This document shows positions 12,546 through 26,200 of a DNA stretch of 64,000 bases, piece after piece. The stretch is from the NCBI GenBank assembly GCA_965153455.1, contig OZ234494.1, positions 8,742,001 through 8,806,000 of the forward strand. Reading direction: 5' to 3'. The first letter of the stretch is position 1; every line of letters begins with the position of its first letter. A program made the translations under genes and the position numbers. The notes beneath the pieces were generated by a model. It did no database searches. It worked only from the letters and a program-made list of their open reading frames with translations, and was not told the origin of the DNA. Source of the DNA: Sphagnum compactum. Taxonomy: Eukaryota.

Positions 12546-13064
12546 AAAGGTGGGCAGACTATGTCTGCCTGCCTGCCTGTCTGCCAGCGAATTTCAAGGA
12601 GCAGGCAGGCAGAAGCCAAGGTTTTCATAATCATGTGCGCGACCAAGAGATATTGCTCCTTAAGACCGGGGAGGCATCTTATGTAGTTAGGGTCTGTTCC
12701 GCCCAAGAATGCAGCAAGCTTGGAAGGGCTAGCAGTCATTTTGCGGGTGAGAAGGGTTCTGCAAAGGGCCGTTCCAAAGATGAACCAGTTTTCTCACCAC
12801 CAATTGAGATTTCAAGTTTGTTTCCAGTGGTCGATTCACATATAGGGTAATGCCTTGGCAGCCAGGCATTACATTTAGGAACTGAGGGCGGAGCCCAAGG
12901 TCAGCAGGTGTAATGCACTGCTGCAAGAGCATTGCCTAGCATAAACAATGATGGATCACAACCCAACGTACAAGGGGTGCCCATTTAGATAATCTTTGAC
13001 CTTATACTTTCCAATTTTTCATGTTTATAGATGAGACCAGGGAAACAAAAAACACTCTCAAGGT

Positions 13065-13914
13065 GGGGTCACAGCTGGTGTTTGGGGTTTGTAACTAACA
13101 TTGCCTTAACATTTTAAAAAATGTCATAACTAACATTATCAGAATTCTTAACAAAGATCAACATCGTCATTGGACATTCTTATGTCAATGCTTAGAAGTA
13201 TCGTTGATAACATGAAAATATTTTTAATTATACATCATGTTCAAAGATTGTGCATGAAACATATAAAAATTTGAATACAATAATAAAATGTGCTAATCTT
13301 AAATTATCAAAAGTGATTTGAAATCAATCAAATTGAAATTATATCTCATTCCCAAAATATTTTGAACTTCATCCACACTTGAACCTATTTGAAATAAAAA
13401 CTTAAACAACTAAGTTCACATGATTTAGTTTTAACTAATTAAGACTTAACCAAACAATTAAACTAACACACTTGACAATTTTCTTAATTTTATATCAATT
13501 TGTTCACACCATGATGGTGAGTGGCAACTAACATAAAATTACAATCTTTGTATTATAATCCAATTCATAATTTAGAAATTATTATTATTATTATTTTTAA
13601 AAAAATTCTTCATCACCAAAAGAGGTGAGGAAAAGGGGAAGAAGCAAAGAAACGGAGAGAGACAAAGAATTATGAATGATTGTTGTTTAACATTGACTTA
13701 ATTATTCATTTTATCGAAGATTTTAGCTAACATCAACGTTAAGTTTTGATTTTTTTTTTGAGATTTAATATTAATTAACATTGGCTTAACATTAATGCCA
13801 TGCCATCCACCACTTAGGACTTAATGCTAGTTAACATTGTAGGTGTGGATTAGTGTCTAACTTTAATCACCTTAACATTAGCCTAACATTGAGCTTAACA
13901 TTAGGTGTGGCCCC
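13065..13914. mobile_element. Degenerate non-autonomous element with GGGG-starting TIRs (Tourist/Harbinger-like)
   Basis: Left end GGGGTCACAGCTGGTGTT matches the reverse complement of the right end, GGGGCCACACCTAATGTT (14/18). Many TAACATT subterminal motifs lie at both ends. No clear TSD. Confidence 0.5.
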
Positions 13915-16087
13915 ATATTAAATTAGATGTCATAAAGATTAATTTAAGCCCCAATAGGGGTGGGTGGGCCTACTTGTACAAGTTAGAGTCTTTAAACATA
14001 GTTATAATAGATTTAACCTTGAATAAATTATCTTGAGGAAGTATAATAATCATGTGAAGGCCACTAGCACTCCAATCATAATTTTTCCCCAAATTGTTTT
14101 TATTTTATTTCATTTTTCATTATCTTGTTTTCTTTGAGTTGAAAAGTTTGAATGAAACTTTTTGTTTTGTCTTCATGATATAAGTATCAACTTGATTTTC
14201 ATTTGGGTTGATTTTTCCACAAATAAAAATCTTAAATATATGGATAAATCTATGCGTGTTTTTGTTTTACTTTTGCTTGTGGCCCATATGTTATTAATAA
14301 ACTTTAAAACACTTATAAAAATTTAATGTAGTAGGGTAAACATGCCCCCCACTGAACATCATTTGGTTATCAAGTGTCGATCTAGTGCAAACTAACCTCG
14401 GTCAATAGTCCGGGGCTTTTGGGTTAGCATTTTAAAAAGCTCCTATCACTAAATGGTTAGTCTTAAAAAAGAATGTTCAGTGAATTTGGGCAACCCACAA
14501 ATAATGGTTTTTTTGGTGTGTGACTATGGGTGTGAGAAAATGACAATATTAGTAAATTTTGACTTGTTATGTTTACACATGTTTAGTGATGGGAAAGTAT
14601 GGGCACATTTTGATGTGCATAATTGAAATCAAATAAAATGAAAAATATTAATGTTAAGTTTTTGTTGTTTGGTTATGGATGTGTTTGAAGATAGATAGGC
14701 GCCCAATCTTTAACAAAAGTTTGTATAGGAAGGGTCATTTTGAAGAAGAAAATCTATTGTTCAAAAATAATGCAAGGGTTTTCCTAGAATTTATTGATTT
14801 CAGAAAATGTCAAGAACCCTAAACCCTTCTAGAAGTTTTAGGAAACAATTAAAATAGGTCAGACATAAACCTGTTCATGGATATGCACAAAAACAAGATG
14901 AACGGCAAGTGCAACCTATGGGAAATGAACCTATGAATGCACCAAACATGGATGTAACACAAAGGGGAGAAATCAATAAACAACATCAAAATGTCGAAGA
15001 ACCGGTTGTGCAGAAAGACCCAATAGTGCTCTCAACCACTCATTAAAAAACACCACTAGCAATAACCCAACTAAGGGTGGTGAATGTTCATAATGATGAC
15101 AATCATAAACATGTTCAGCCGTTTGATGAGGTCGTATCTGTTCAACAATCATGGCAATCTGCAACCCCAGGTTACAATCTACCCAAAACTGGTGCATCTA
15201 CACCAATTACAACATCTACTAGTTTTCAAAACCAACCATCACATACCAATATTCACTTGGTACTCACTAATTCAAAGATGGAATGACTTCACCTACTCAA
15301 AAGGTTGGAGTATCTTCATCATGTTGACCAAAGACCGTCTAATTAATCAATTTCTATACCACATGTAGAAATTGTTGAACCCAGATCAACACCCATAGTC
15401 AATTTAACACTGTAACATGGACTTTGTATGGACTATTTTTTTGTCCAAAAATGAGCCATTCATTAGTGCATATACCCCTTGAAATAATGCAAATATTTTG
15501 GAATGTAAATGATGAACTCAAAGTTATATTCAAGTGATGAAATGTTTTCTAATCTTTTGGGCTTAAAAGTGGGTCATGGTAGTATATTAAGTTCAACTAA
15601 TGTTATTTTACAATCCAAAATTACAAATGAAGAAGCAACAATCCTCATTGAAACACATCAAACCCCATATCAAGGTCTCACCACTAGCATAATGGTTTAG
15701 GTTTGTACATTCAATTCTTGGTTGAATTTTGCAACTTAAATATACAAAGATATTTTCTTACCAAAGAATACATGTGGATAGTTTTGTTAGGTTAGATTTA
15801 ATTGGGCAGGTAGTTTTTTTTTAATGAATATAGATTTGGTTATGGTAATGCACAAATTGTTGTACATTCCATGTGGGTGGCAACCAAAAAATACAAAAAA
15901 AACCAATAAGAGCAAATCCTCCAATGTTAAGAATTTGAGGACATGTGGTAATAGTGTAGCAAACAACTACCAAAACCCTAGAGATTCCAAAGGTGCCTCC
16001 ACCATGTATTTCTAGTGATTTCAATTTTTATTAATTTGGAAATATTTGTTTTCATCACCATTTTAGAACCTGTATAAGGCAATACAT

Positions 16088-16414
16088 GTGCAGTTCTATT
16101 TATGTTGTCATAACCTGCAAGTGCAGTTTGACAAAGGTGATTCAGTGTTTTTGATGAGTAAATGTCATACTACAACAACTAGAACAAAATGTCATATTGT
16201 AGCAAGTGGAGTAGTATTTGGTGTTGTAGGTGATACATTTCATGGGGTTGTTATTGAGGATGGGGTGTACAAAGTGGAGGTGCATGGTGTGATGCTCCTT
16301 GAAATAACTTTGATCTTTCCAAATTTGAAAGATGATTTTCCACAGCTACTTCTAAAGGATGTGACAAATCAATTCACACTTTGGGAAGGTGCAAATTTGA
16401 GGAAAAGTAGTTGA
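16088..16414 (+). mobile_element. CACTA (En/Spm) TnpA-like C-terminal domain remnant
   Basis: IVASGVV...TFHGVVI...YKVEVHGV...L.FPN..DD....L.D....FTLW resembles the Tnp1/En/Spm-associated domain. It is followed (16700-17640) by GCAACT/AGTTGC-rich subterminal-type sequence like that of the CACTA element at 53556. Confidence 0.55.
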
Positions 16415-17909
16415 ATTGTTCTCTTTAGTCTATTGTATATGTGTGGTGTGGCTCAAAATGCCATGAACTAATTCTAAACTACATTTATGTGTCACTTGAT
16501 GTTTGCAAGCTTTCAAGTTCTTTCAATTTTCCTAGTCACTTATTGTATCCATGCCTCAGTAACTCAATAAATAGGGGATTATCAGCTTGAGAATATGTTT
16601 CAATATGTTAGGTCTATGTACAAAGGCCCATTATGTTTTCCATTACATCACTTGTACATTCTTTTTGTGTACATGCTTTCATTATTATAGAATGTAATTG
16701 CAATTCTAATCCAATTAGATTGCCATACAATTACAACTAGTGGAGTTGCATTTGTACCCTACCTTACAACTATTGTAATCATTTGTGTCATCTTGCTTTG
16801 TAACTAGTGTAGTCACATGTAAGGTCCGCTTTCAACTACTTTAGTCACATACTCAATTGCAAAGTTTAGATATAAAATATATATAATTATTTTAAAGCTA
16901 ATAATTAATGCCATGTGGCAAAATTGTGATTGCACATGATAATCATAATATTTTCATTTAAATTTTATATATTATTATCTATTGCCACATGGATGCCACA
17001 TTAATTTTGTTTAAATTAATTTTAAAAATAAAATTTTAATTATTATCAACCACCACGTGTCCATCAACTAATGGATAATCCATGGTTTGATTAATGTGTG
17101 GATTGTTGCCACCTAGCTACATTTTCGCCAATTTGAAATGTAATTAAAAAAAAATAATTATGGAAAATTATTCTGTAAATTAATCTATCTTGCCACGTGC
17201 CAATTATCTAATGGATAATCTATGTCCGATTATTGGACAAATTTTTGCCATGTGGTTATATCTTAACCAATTAAGAATATAATTACAATAATTTTGATTA
17301 TACAAGTAATTGGTAAATTATCATTCCTTACCATTTTTACAACTAAAAGTGACTAGACATTTTAGTCATATAAGTAGTCATAAATAACTGTGCCATGTAG
17401 GCATATGTCATTATAAATTTGAATCATAAAAATTAGTTGTAAATGATCATGCCATGTAAGTTGGATGAAAAGTTTGTGCAAGCCACACTTTCATGCGATT
17501 GTCGTTTCAACTTGATGCCAAATAATGTTTTTTGCGATTAAAATCTTATGCAACTTGTTTAAGGTTGGAAGAATTTGTAGTCACATGTGGCATTTAGAAC
17601 TAAAAACAATTCAATTTATCGGAAAATTCGTTTTTCTTGGGTCACTTACAAGCTATCACAATTTTTTTTTAACCTTTTGTTTTGATAACCCATGATCGAC
17701 TCCTATCTATTAAAATTTCCTTATCTGTTTCATTCAAAAAGATTGAATAAGAGAGATAGAGTGATTAATATTCAATATTTTATTAATATTTGGTCCCTCT
17801 TCTCATTTTATGCATAAATAATTAATGAAATGAATTTAAATTCAACTTTAAGTCAAAAATAGAAAGGTTGAAATACCAGAAGTTAATACACAAATTCCTT
17901 GTAGTGGAA

Positions 17910-18606
17910 AGCAGTTCAACACATTAAAGGGCTTCAAGAGATCCACACACCAACATTTACAAATTGAAGAGCCAAAGAGATTAAGCTCCCTAAACTTTAC
18001 ATTGCAATTAGTAACAAAGAGTGAACAACAACATTAGTGGGTTTAGGGATGAACTCACCAACATTTACGAATTGAAAAGCCAAATAAATCACACTCCCTA
18101 AACTTTATATTACAATCTATGACAAAAAGAAATTGAACAACATTAATAGGTTCAAGGATGAATTCACCAAGGTTTATAGATTGAAAAACCAAATAGATCA
18201 AACTTTCTAAACCTTAGATTGTAATTAGTGACAAAGAAAAATTCAACAACATTAAGGGGTATAGGGATGAACTCACCAACCTTTATAGTTGGAAAAGTCA
18301 AATATTTCAATTCTTTAAACCTTACATTACAACCAATGATAGAAAAAAGTTCAACTACATTAGTAGGTTTAGGGATTAACACACCATGAACATTTATAGA
18401 TTGAAGAAAAAAAAGATCAACACCCCCTAAACCCTAAATTACAATCATTGATAGAGAGAAGTTTAGCCACATTAATAGGTTTAGGGATGAACTCACCAAC
18501 ATTTATAGATTGAAAAGTTAAATAGATCAAGTTCCGTCAACTTTAAATTGGAATTAGTGATAGAGAAGAATTCAACAACCTCAACGAGTTTAAGGATGAA
18601 CACAAC
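17910..18606. repeat. Tandem minisatellite, ~109-bp unit, about 6 copies
   Basis: CACCAACATTT...GGTTTAGGGATGAACT units start at ~17948, 18056, 18165, 18274, 18382 and 18494. Confidence 0.9.
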
Positions 18607-19629
18607 AACACAAATGCACATTAAACCATAATGTTAAACCTAGCCCAAACCTTATTGCACAATGCAAAAAAAAGGAAAAAAGTGTGGACTTCTGAAATGA
18701 TTATTCAAGCATTGCATAATAAACTGGGAACCTTAAACACTTGGATTTGAGTTTTGCTTGAAATCCTATAAATTAAAATTCACATTTTGTGCATTTTTTG
18801 TGTATGTTTACACTAACTTAGTAGTACTTCAATCTTCTTCCAAATCGATTGCAAATTGCTAATCAACAAACCATGATTTCGATCTTCCTCCAAATTGACT
18901 GCAAGTTGTGATGGATTTTTGCATGCAACACCTTCTTTCATGCGAACAAAAGAACGAAGCAACACAACTTGCTTTCTACATCACAACTTGCATTTGAATC
19001 CATGTCCAACCCTTCTATAATAAGGTGTTTAAACTTTGGAAGGCATGAACCTACAACATGTTCTAGATTTCAACAATAAAAAATGCAAAATCTAATAAGA
19101 TTTTGAAGTGTTCAAGGAATTAATCTCAAACACCCCTTAAACATTCAATGAAATTGCCAAATTAAGATCTTGTATCTGCAAGCTTCAAATGTTACTTGTT
19201 TCTCCCCCCTAATTTATAATTGTACAAAATTGTATGAGATATTGACTCACTTGAAGTTGGACTCCTTGCAATGCCCTTTTTTCTTTTAGTGAAATGTTGG
19301 TGACATCACATGCTTCATCAATTTATTTTTCACAAGCCAAAACAAAAGAAGATAAAAAACTTGCAAAGGAAGACTTGTACAAAGGGAGGAGAGCATGGTG
19401 GGGTGTAATGAGGGTGGGATTTTGGGCTTCAAAAGAGATACAACCATTGTAAACAATATTGATGGAGATCTCGTAGGCAATTGGCAAATCTTGCAAACCC
19501 TAAAAGACAACCATGTGTTTTTGGCAAAAATTCCAAATGTTTTTTTGGTTTTTCCCTTTATGCAATTTGCTTGCCATTAATGGATTTTTCATTTTGGCAA
19601 AAGTTTGTATAGAAAAAAAATGTTGGGCC

Positions 19630-19880
19630 TGATGGATGCCAAACTTTCTTTTATTCATGAAATTTGCCCAAAAAGTGAAATTGGAAACTGAAGTGTAACG
19701 TGAAGATTTCAATCACCAAAAAGAGTAAAAATTACCAGATTTTTACATTTGGTTTTCAGTAAGTAGCTAGAAATACAAAAGGTTGATTAAAGATTTTTGT
19801 TTCATATTTAATTTATAGCCAGATTTGGTTAAATCTTCGTATGGATGATCATCACTTTGGCCACATAAAAAAATCCTACA
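19630..19880. repeat. Dispersed repeat family (ATAGCCAAATTTGGCTAAATCTT...GGATGAT core); other copies at ~22110-22360, 40000-40140, 52180-52380, 58700-58990, 60400-60640
   Basis: The same core motif and flanking sequence are visible at six places in the window. Confidence 0.8.
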
Positions 19881-19912
19881 AGAACATTTGGTGAGTGTTG
19901 GGTCATATAATC

Positions 19913-20244
19913 CAGCATCAGGTGGTCCTTACAACGAGGAATTGATACCCATCAGTTATCAACCCAGGTATATGCCCATTTGCACATCAGTTCTCAAAAA
20001 TTCATAGAACCAGTTTTGGTATATAATTGCAGTTCTCAAAAAAAGAGAGTTAAAAAACCAGCCAGATAATTGACAGTTCTTTGCCAGTTCTTTCATGAAA
20101 ATTGTTGATTCTTTAAAGTTTTTGAAATGATGGAAATGGATTCTGATTTTTTTCAAAGAACTGGAACTGATGGCTCTTTGATTGAAATATTTAAAGAACC
20201 GGAACCAGTGGTTATTTTAAAATTCAAAGAACTGCCCAACAGTG
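19913..20244. mobile_element. hAT-type MITE with an 8-bp TSD (CAGTGTTGG family)
   Basis: Direct repeat ATATAATC at 19905-19912 and 20245-20252. Ends are CAGCATCAGG... and ...ACTGCCCAACAGTG. Confidence 0.7.
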
Positions 20245-23200
20245 ATATAATCCTAAAAAGTGAAAGAATTCTCCCTGGAATCTGTTGAAAATTCATTCAA
20301 ATGCTCTCTCTTCAAAATCAACAGTTATACAACCAGTGTGGAGCCGGACAAAACACTAAAAGCTGAGATGTCCTGTAGCTTGCCTCAATTTGGCACCAAG
20401 ATCTGATATAATAATTTGTGAGGAGCAAAACAGCAGGAAGAGAGCACGTTGATACGAGTGCATTTCACTTTTGGAAGTTAACAATCATTAACAGCTTTAG
20501 CTCAAAAATAATAAGCACTTAAGCACATAATCACGGATGCGGCTTTTCTGCTAAAGGAAGTTTGAACTTGAGAACCTCACATGGTTTAAGGGAAAAGAGC
20601 CAGGTGGGCGCATTGCAGTGCAATTTTGGATATTTTAATATTTGGAGTGGCTATTGTGATTGCAAACTGGGAGTATCTTTAGATAGAATAAATATGTTTA
20701 AATAGTTTCATTTTGTTACACACCCTCTCAAAACTAAGTAGGTAAGTGACTTTTGGGCCTGAATTGGTTTTCAATAAAATTGGATTACAGAGAATGACCT
20801 ACAATCTCTTTGATGGCATTCAAAAGTTTGATGAGAGAACCAAGCAAAAGGAACTTTCAATCTTGGTTCTAACTTTTTTTTTTCTTTTTTGTGGAACCTC
20901 CAATCTAATCTTGAGACCAATTTCTTTGGTTTTAAAAAACCTTTGTTTCTAATCATTTTCACAAAAAAGAGTTTAAAGTTGGTTTGAAATAGGGTTCGAT
21001 TTCATCTTCATTATACACAACTCAACCCCAAAAAGAAGCGTGTAATTAGTTTTTCAACTAATGCACACACTCCAAAATAAAGATTATATAATATTAATTA
21101 TATACAACCAATCAAATGCAATAACTTGTTTGAAAGGTAAAGTTAAATATATATATATATATATTCAAAAAATTATATTTATGTATTTAGAGAACCTAAA
21201 CCTTTTAAAAATGGGACAAGTCCCCCAATTTTAGTTCTAATTCAATTTAAAATATATATGATTTTTCAATTAAGTTCCAATGGTGGTTCCAAAGAAACTT
21301 GGAACCTCTCTTTTGGAGATCCTAGAACTTGAACTTGCTAAAATTCTAAAAATTTGCCAACACTGGTTCAAACTAGACACAATGTCCAACAAAACAACTC
21401 TCAATGTGCAGATATGAATAAATGAAAATGACACATGTTTATGCACTACTTCCTTGTATTGATAATTAATACTTATTAATGATTAAATAAATTACCTAAT
21501 ACTAACAAATGTCTAATTCACATATTAACCAATGTGAACACAATTCAAATTAACAACTAATCAAATAAAACCTATAAAAATATTATTAACATTTACAAAG
21601 GTCAACAATTTAGATATTCTCTTAATACCCTATTATACATCCTTATTTTTCTTGGTTAACAGTGAGGTATGAAATCATGGGATCATTTAACTCGGTTTCC
21701 AAAAGACAAGAGTGAGAGAAAGTGGAAACTTGTGACAATCCTCAAATATAATCAACCTTTCCTAGGTTTAGTACAGGTCCGAGTATCCTTATTTGTCACA
21801 ATTTCATCTCTTAAATAGGTAGATTATTTTCACCCAAAAAGAAAACCCCTAGTTTGGTGCAATTATTGGTTCTTGAAATTTTGGCATCCACTGGAGCTCA
21901 AGAGAACCACTTCTTAGATCATGTGGGCACCCTCAATCAAGGGTTCATATACCATTACTGGGTTCTTGCGAAGTGTCAACTACCCAACACCAATCTGAAC
22001 CCCCCTTTCAATAAAGATATTCATTTTAGTACATGTTTCAACATGTTCAGTCAAACGAATAAGCTACCTAAAAGAAAGAATAGAGAGATACATATTATAA
22101 GCCAATTTTTTACTGGCGAAATTCTGCCAAGAAAAGAAATTCAAAACTCAAAATGAAGTGATTTTGGAGATTTTCAATTGCCACAAGTAAGGGAAAAAAT
22201 AGTAGAAATGGCTAGATTCTCAGATATGGTTTTCAGTGTGTACTGAAAAATATGAAAAGATGATTAAAGATTTGTACATCATATCTGGTCTATAGGCAGA
22301 TTGGTTGAATTTTCTTAGGGATGATAGTCACTTTGGCTTCCAAAAAATAATTCATTAAAAAACAACATAATACAAATTATTGTAACGCTCAACTGTAAAG
22401 ATTGTTTCAGCCTTGAAAGATGCTCATACAAGTATTTCAATCTGCAATCTCAACTTTTAAGTGTTCAGAAGGTATTATCTTGTTACCTGGCTATAAACAG
22501 GATGAAAGTCAAATTTCTAGCCTTATCTAAGAATAAATATGATAAGTTCTGAGCATTGTAAATACATGAACTTATTCATAAATGAAAGAAGTATTTGAAC
22601 TATATTTTTTAGATACTTTGCTTTAAACAGACATTCTTGAAATAAAATCTGAGTTTTGTTTATTTTCGATTTTTTAATAGATCCCTACAATGATAAACAA
22701 GGGGTGTGTTACACTATGGCCTTGCCATTTACATTAAAATATATCTTAAGGCAAAAGAAGAATTATGGAAACGCAAATATTTCACCATGCAAAAATATAA
22801 TCTTCCAAAAATCCTCTAAACCAAAATCCTTCAAGATATTATAACTCTATGACGAATCTCAAGTTTCAACACAAAGCCAAAATATCATCTTTCAAAAATC
22901 CGCATATAAAAATAGACCTATTATTATTACCTAGGGGCCTATTAAAATCCCTTAAGCTACTATACTCTATATTGAATCTAAACACAATATCCTTGCCTTG
23001 GTAGGCAAAGCCAACAAATAACTTCTTTTGAACTGACATCAGAGAAACTTAAATGACCTCCCCATGCCATGCCCTTCTTGTGTATATACAAATCCTGACA
23101 AAGGCACACCAGCCAGTATTTTTTTCGAATTTCTGATCTTGCATCATTGGGTAGCATCTCAAGAGGGATTTAGCATTAAATGGGGACAGGTCTAAATAGT

Positions 23201-26200
23201 AGAAAACATAGCTTAACAAATCCTAAGAGACTAAAATCAGAGTCCAAATGTGGAGGAAAAAATTTCAGTTTTTTTCGAAATTTGGAAGAAATTTTTTTCA
23301 GGAAAAACAGGAATGTTTTGACAAAATATATTCCCATTTTTTTCATTTTTCTCATTTTGGCTGAATTCGCACCGAAAAAAAACGTTGACACTAGCTAGCC
23401 ATAGGTGTTAATCACCACTTTGATACAGTTCTTTGCAAATGCCAGAAAGACAATGGGGCCCAGGGGTATAAACCAGTGTTGGATGGTTATTTGATTTTTT
23501 AAAAACCTCCAGTTTTGGTTTTCTTTGAAAATATAGGAATTAAAGAACCTCCAATTCATATTTTTTGAAAAAAAAAAAGACTTTCAAAGAACTGCCGGCT
23601 TTCATAAGATAACCAGAATATTTTATAAAAAGACTACTTGACCTATTCTTGAAACTTTTGATAATTACAATTGCATATCAGGATTGGTTCTTAGATTTTT
23701 TTAAATTGCAATCATGTATCCAAAATTGGTTCTTTCACCATTTCTTAGACATTTGGAATTCTATGAAGAAATAAAACAATCCATTCTTAGATTTTTGAGA
23801 ACCTTGGTTATATGTTAGAAACTATTTTTTAAATTTATTGAGAACCATGGTCAGATATTGAGAATTGGTTCTTAGATTCATTTGAAACCTAGAAATAAAT
23901 ACTCACACTTCTAGGTAGGGTTTAGGGTATTAGAGTAAATCATTCATCATCGAATACACACCTATGATCAAACTTCAAGTCATATCTTATTCATTTCTTG
24001 TCCACTTTGAGCAATCTTCAAGATCATGAGGGTGTTGCCAGACGAAGTCTACAATACTTCTTTCAACTCTCCAAGCAAATGAACAACCAAGAAAACACAT
24101 CAATAAGATTGACCTATTCTAATCACAAAATGTTTTTTCCAAAAGACACTAGACCCCTTATTTTGATATCTCATATCTTTTTCATATCTTGTTTGTTTTG
24201 AGTTATCTAAAAAGCTATGAGTGCATCAATTGAAGTTTTACAAAAAATATGAGCTACACACACAATGGAACAATGTTTAAGAACTTTAAGTTCCAAATGG
24301 GTCAAAGCATGATTGGGTATCAAAAAAGACTATTTCATTCATATCCAATGGACCTGTCAGTTGAACATGTCGTTGAAACTTAATGGCACATTCATATTAA
24401 AAGTTTGTTTAGATACATATATTATTAAAATATTATTTTATGCATAGCACTTCAAGTTTGAACAAGTTTAAAGATTCCTAACAAGTGTTAAAAAACTTTA
24501 TAGGACTTTGTTCTATTAAAAAAAAAGTTTAAAAAATCACAAAAAATGTCTAAACAAACTATTTTGCTTCAAGATTCTTACCACAAACACTTTAGCCACT
24601 AATGTATATAAAATGTTCAAATGTGACAAGAACCTAGTGCTCTATTGCAATGTATAAAGTTTTAAAAAGTGAAATTTATGAAAATTTAAACTATTGATAG
24701 AACATGACCACATTGAATAAATTTTATTATTCTTATTTTTTTACGTGAAACCAATAGAATTATAGATGTCTAAAAAATAATTGAAACAAATTAATTTCAT
24801 TTGACATGAATTGTTAAAAAAAAAACAAGTCATAAATTTTATTAAAAAAAGTGTGAAATTTGATATCCTAAAAGTGAATTCTTATGTTTCAAATGGGGTA
24901 AAAAAATATGCTTGGACCCAAATCACAAATTATTTAAACACACTCATCATTGAACATTGACCATCTTAATTTAAAACTTCATACTTTCTTAAATTTTTAA
25001 TCCTTTTTTGATGATTTGCATGGATTTGAGTTTACAATGTGGATGTCTACAATACTTTTTGGAACTCCAAAGCCAACAAAGGAATGTCCAAAGATCTTAA
25101 GCTTCATAGTACATAGAGTGTTCCATCATTCAGTGTACAGCCTAGCCCAAGTGAAAAATGGTGACAAACAATTTAGGAATAGAACTATTGTGTAGCCAAT
25201 GAAATGGTTCAATAGACACTTAGAAGAGAGCTTATGTTTATTCCAATGTTGTGTGTGTAAATGGTTTGGGACTTATGCTCTGTGTAAATGTAAAAATAAA
25301 TATATTTATATAATTATACGTGTTCCAATAAAACAATCTATATATATATGATTCTACATGGCTATGTAAAACAATGTAAATACAAAACAATTTTAAAAAT
25401 GTGGTTTTTACTTGAGGAGGGGAGAATTCATAATTTTTTGATGATAAAGCCAGCTAAATGGCCCATTCCAATATATATATATACACCCACAACTTATTCA
25501 TATGACTTTGCAAGAAGGTATGGTCATTAAAGGTATATAATAAAATTATTTATAACGGAAGGAAAATAACAATAGAACCCTGAGTTTGATCATAAATAGG
25601 GCGAAATTCAAAAAAAAAAAAACTTACCCAAAGAAAGAAAAACATTAGCATTCAAGGGTGGGGGGACCTCAGTTTTTGTGGTGAAGTGAGTTTCACCCTG
25701 TCTTTCCTTTTTCTTGAATCTTTAGCGCCTCCACTGTTGCTGCATATATTTTCACTGCTCCTACTTGTAAAGCTACTATAATTAATCGTGAACCTTGTGC
25801 CTTAAATGCTGATTTTCAGCATTTCATTCCCAGATTTAATAAATTTTTCTTACTTTATAGATACCCCTGAAAGAAGGGTTTGGGGTGAAAGGAGGCCCAA
25901 AGACAGGGTGACTTTACAAAACACTTACAGGGGGCTGTGTAAGTGTATTTGACAAATATTTTACATTGGCCTTGTGTACGTGTAAAAACATAAAATACAG
26001 TGCAACTGGATAATTGTCAGTGTAAAAAACTTGGAGTGTAAGTGTAAATCATTTAGTTGTCATATATACGGCTATTGACACTTACATGCACAACATTGGT
26101 TTATTCCTTAAGGGGGTGGGTTTAGGGGCAGGGGTGTATGTGAGATTTGATTTTTTTGGATTTTGGTGTTTTGACCATGTTTCCAATGGCGTTCCCACAA

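Noticed and set aside
12542-12990. Possible Harbinger DDE nuclease remnant on the minus strand
   Set aside because: Only vague YLL and PWLL fragments in different frames, with no convincing catalytic motifs.
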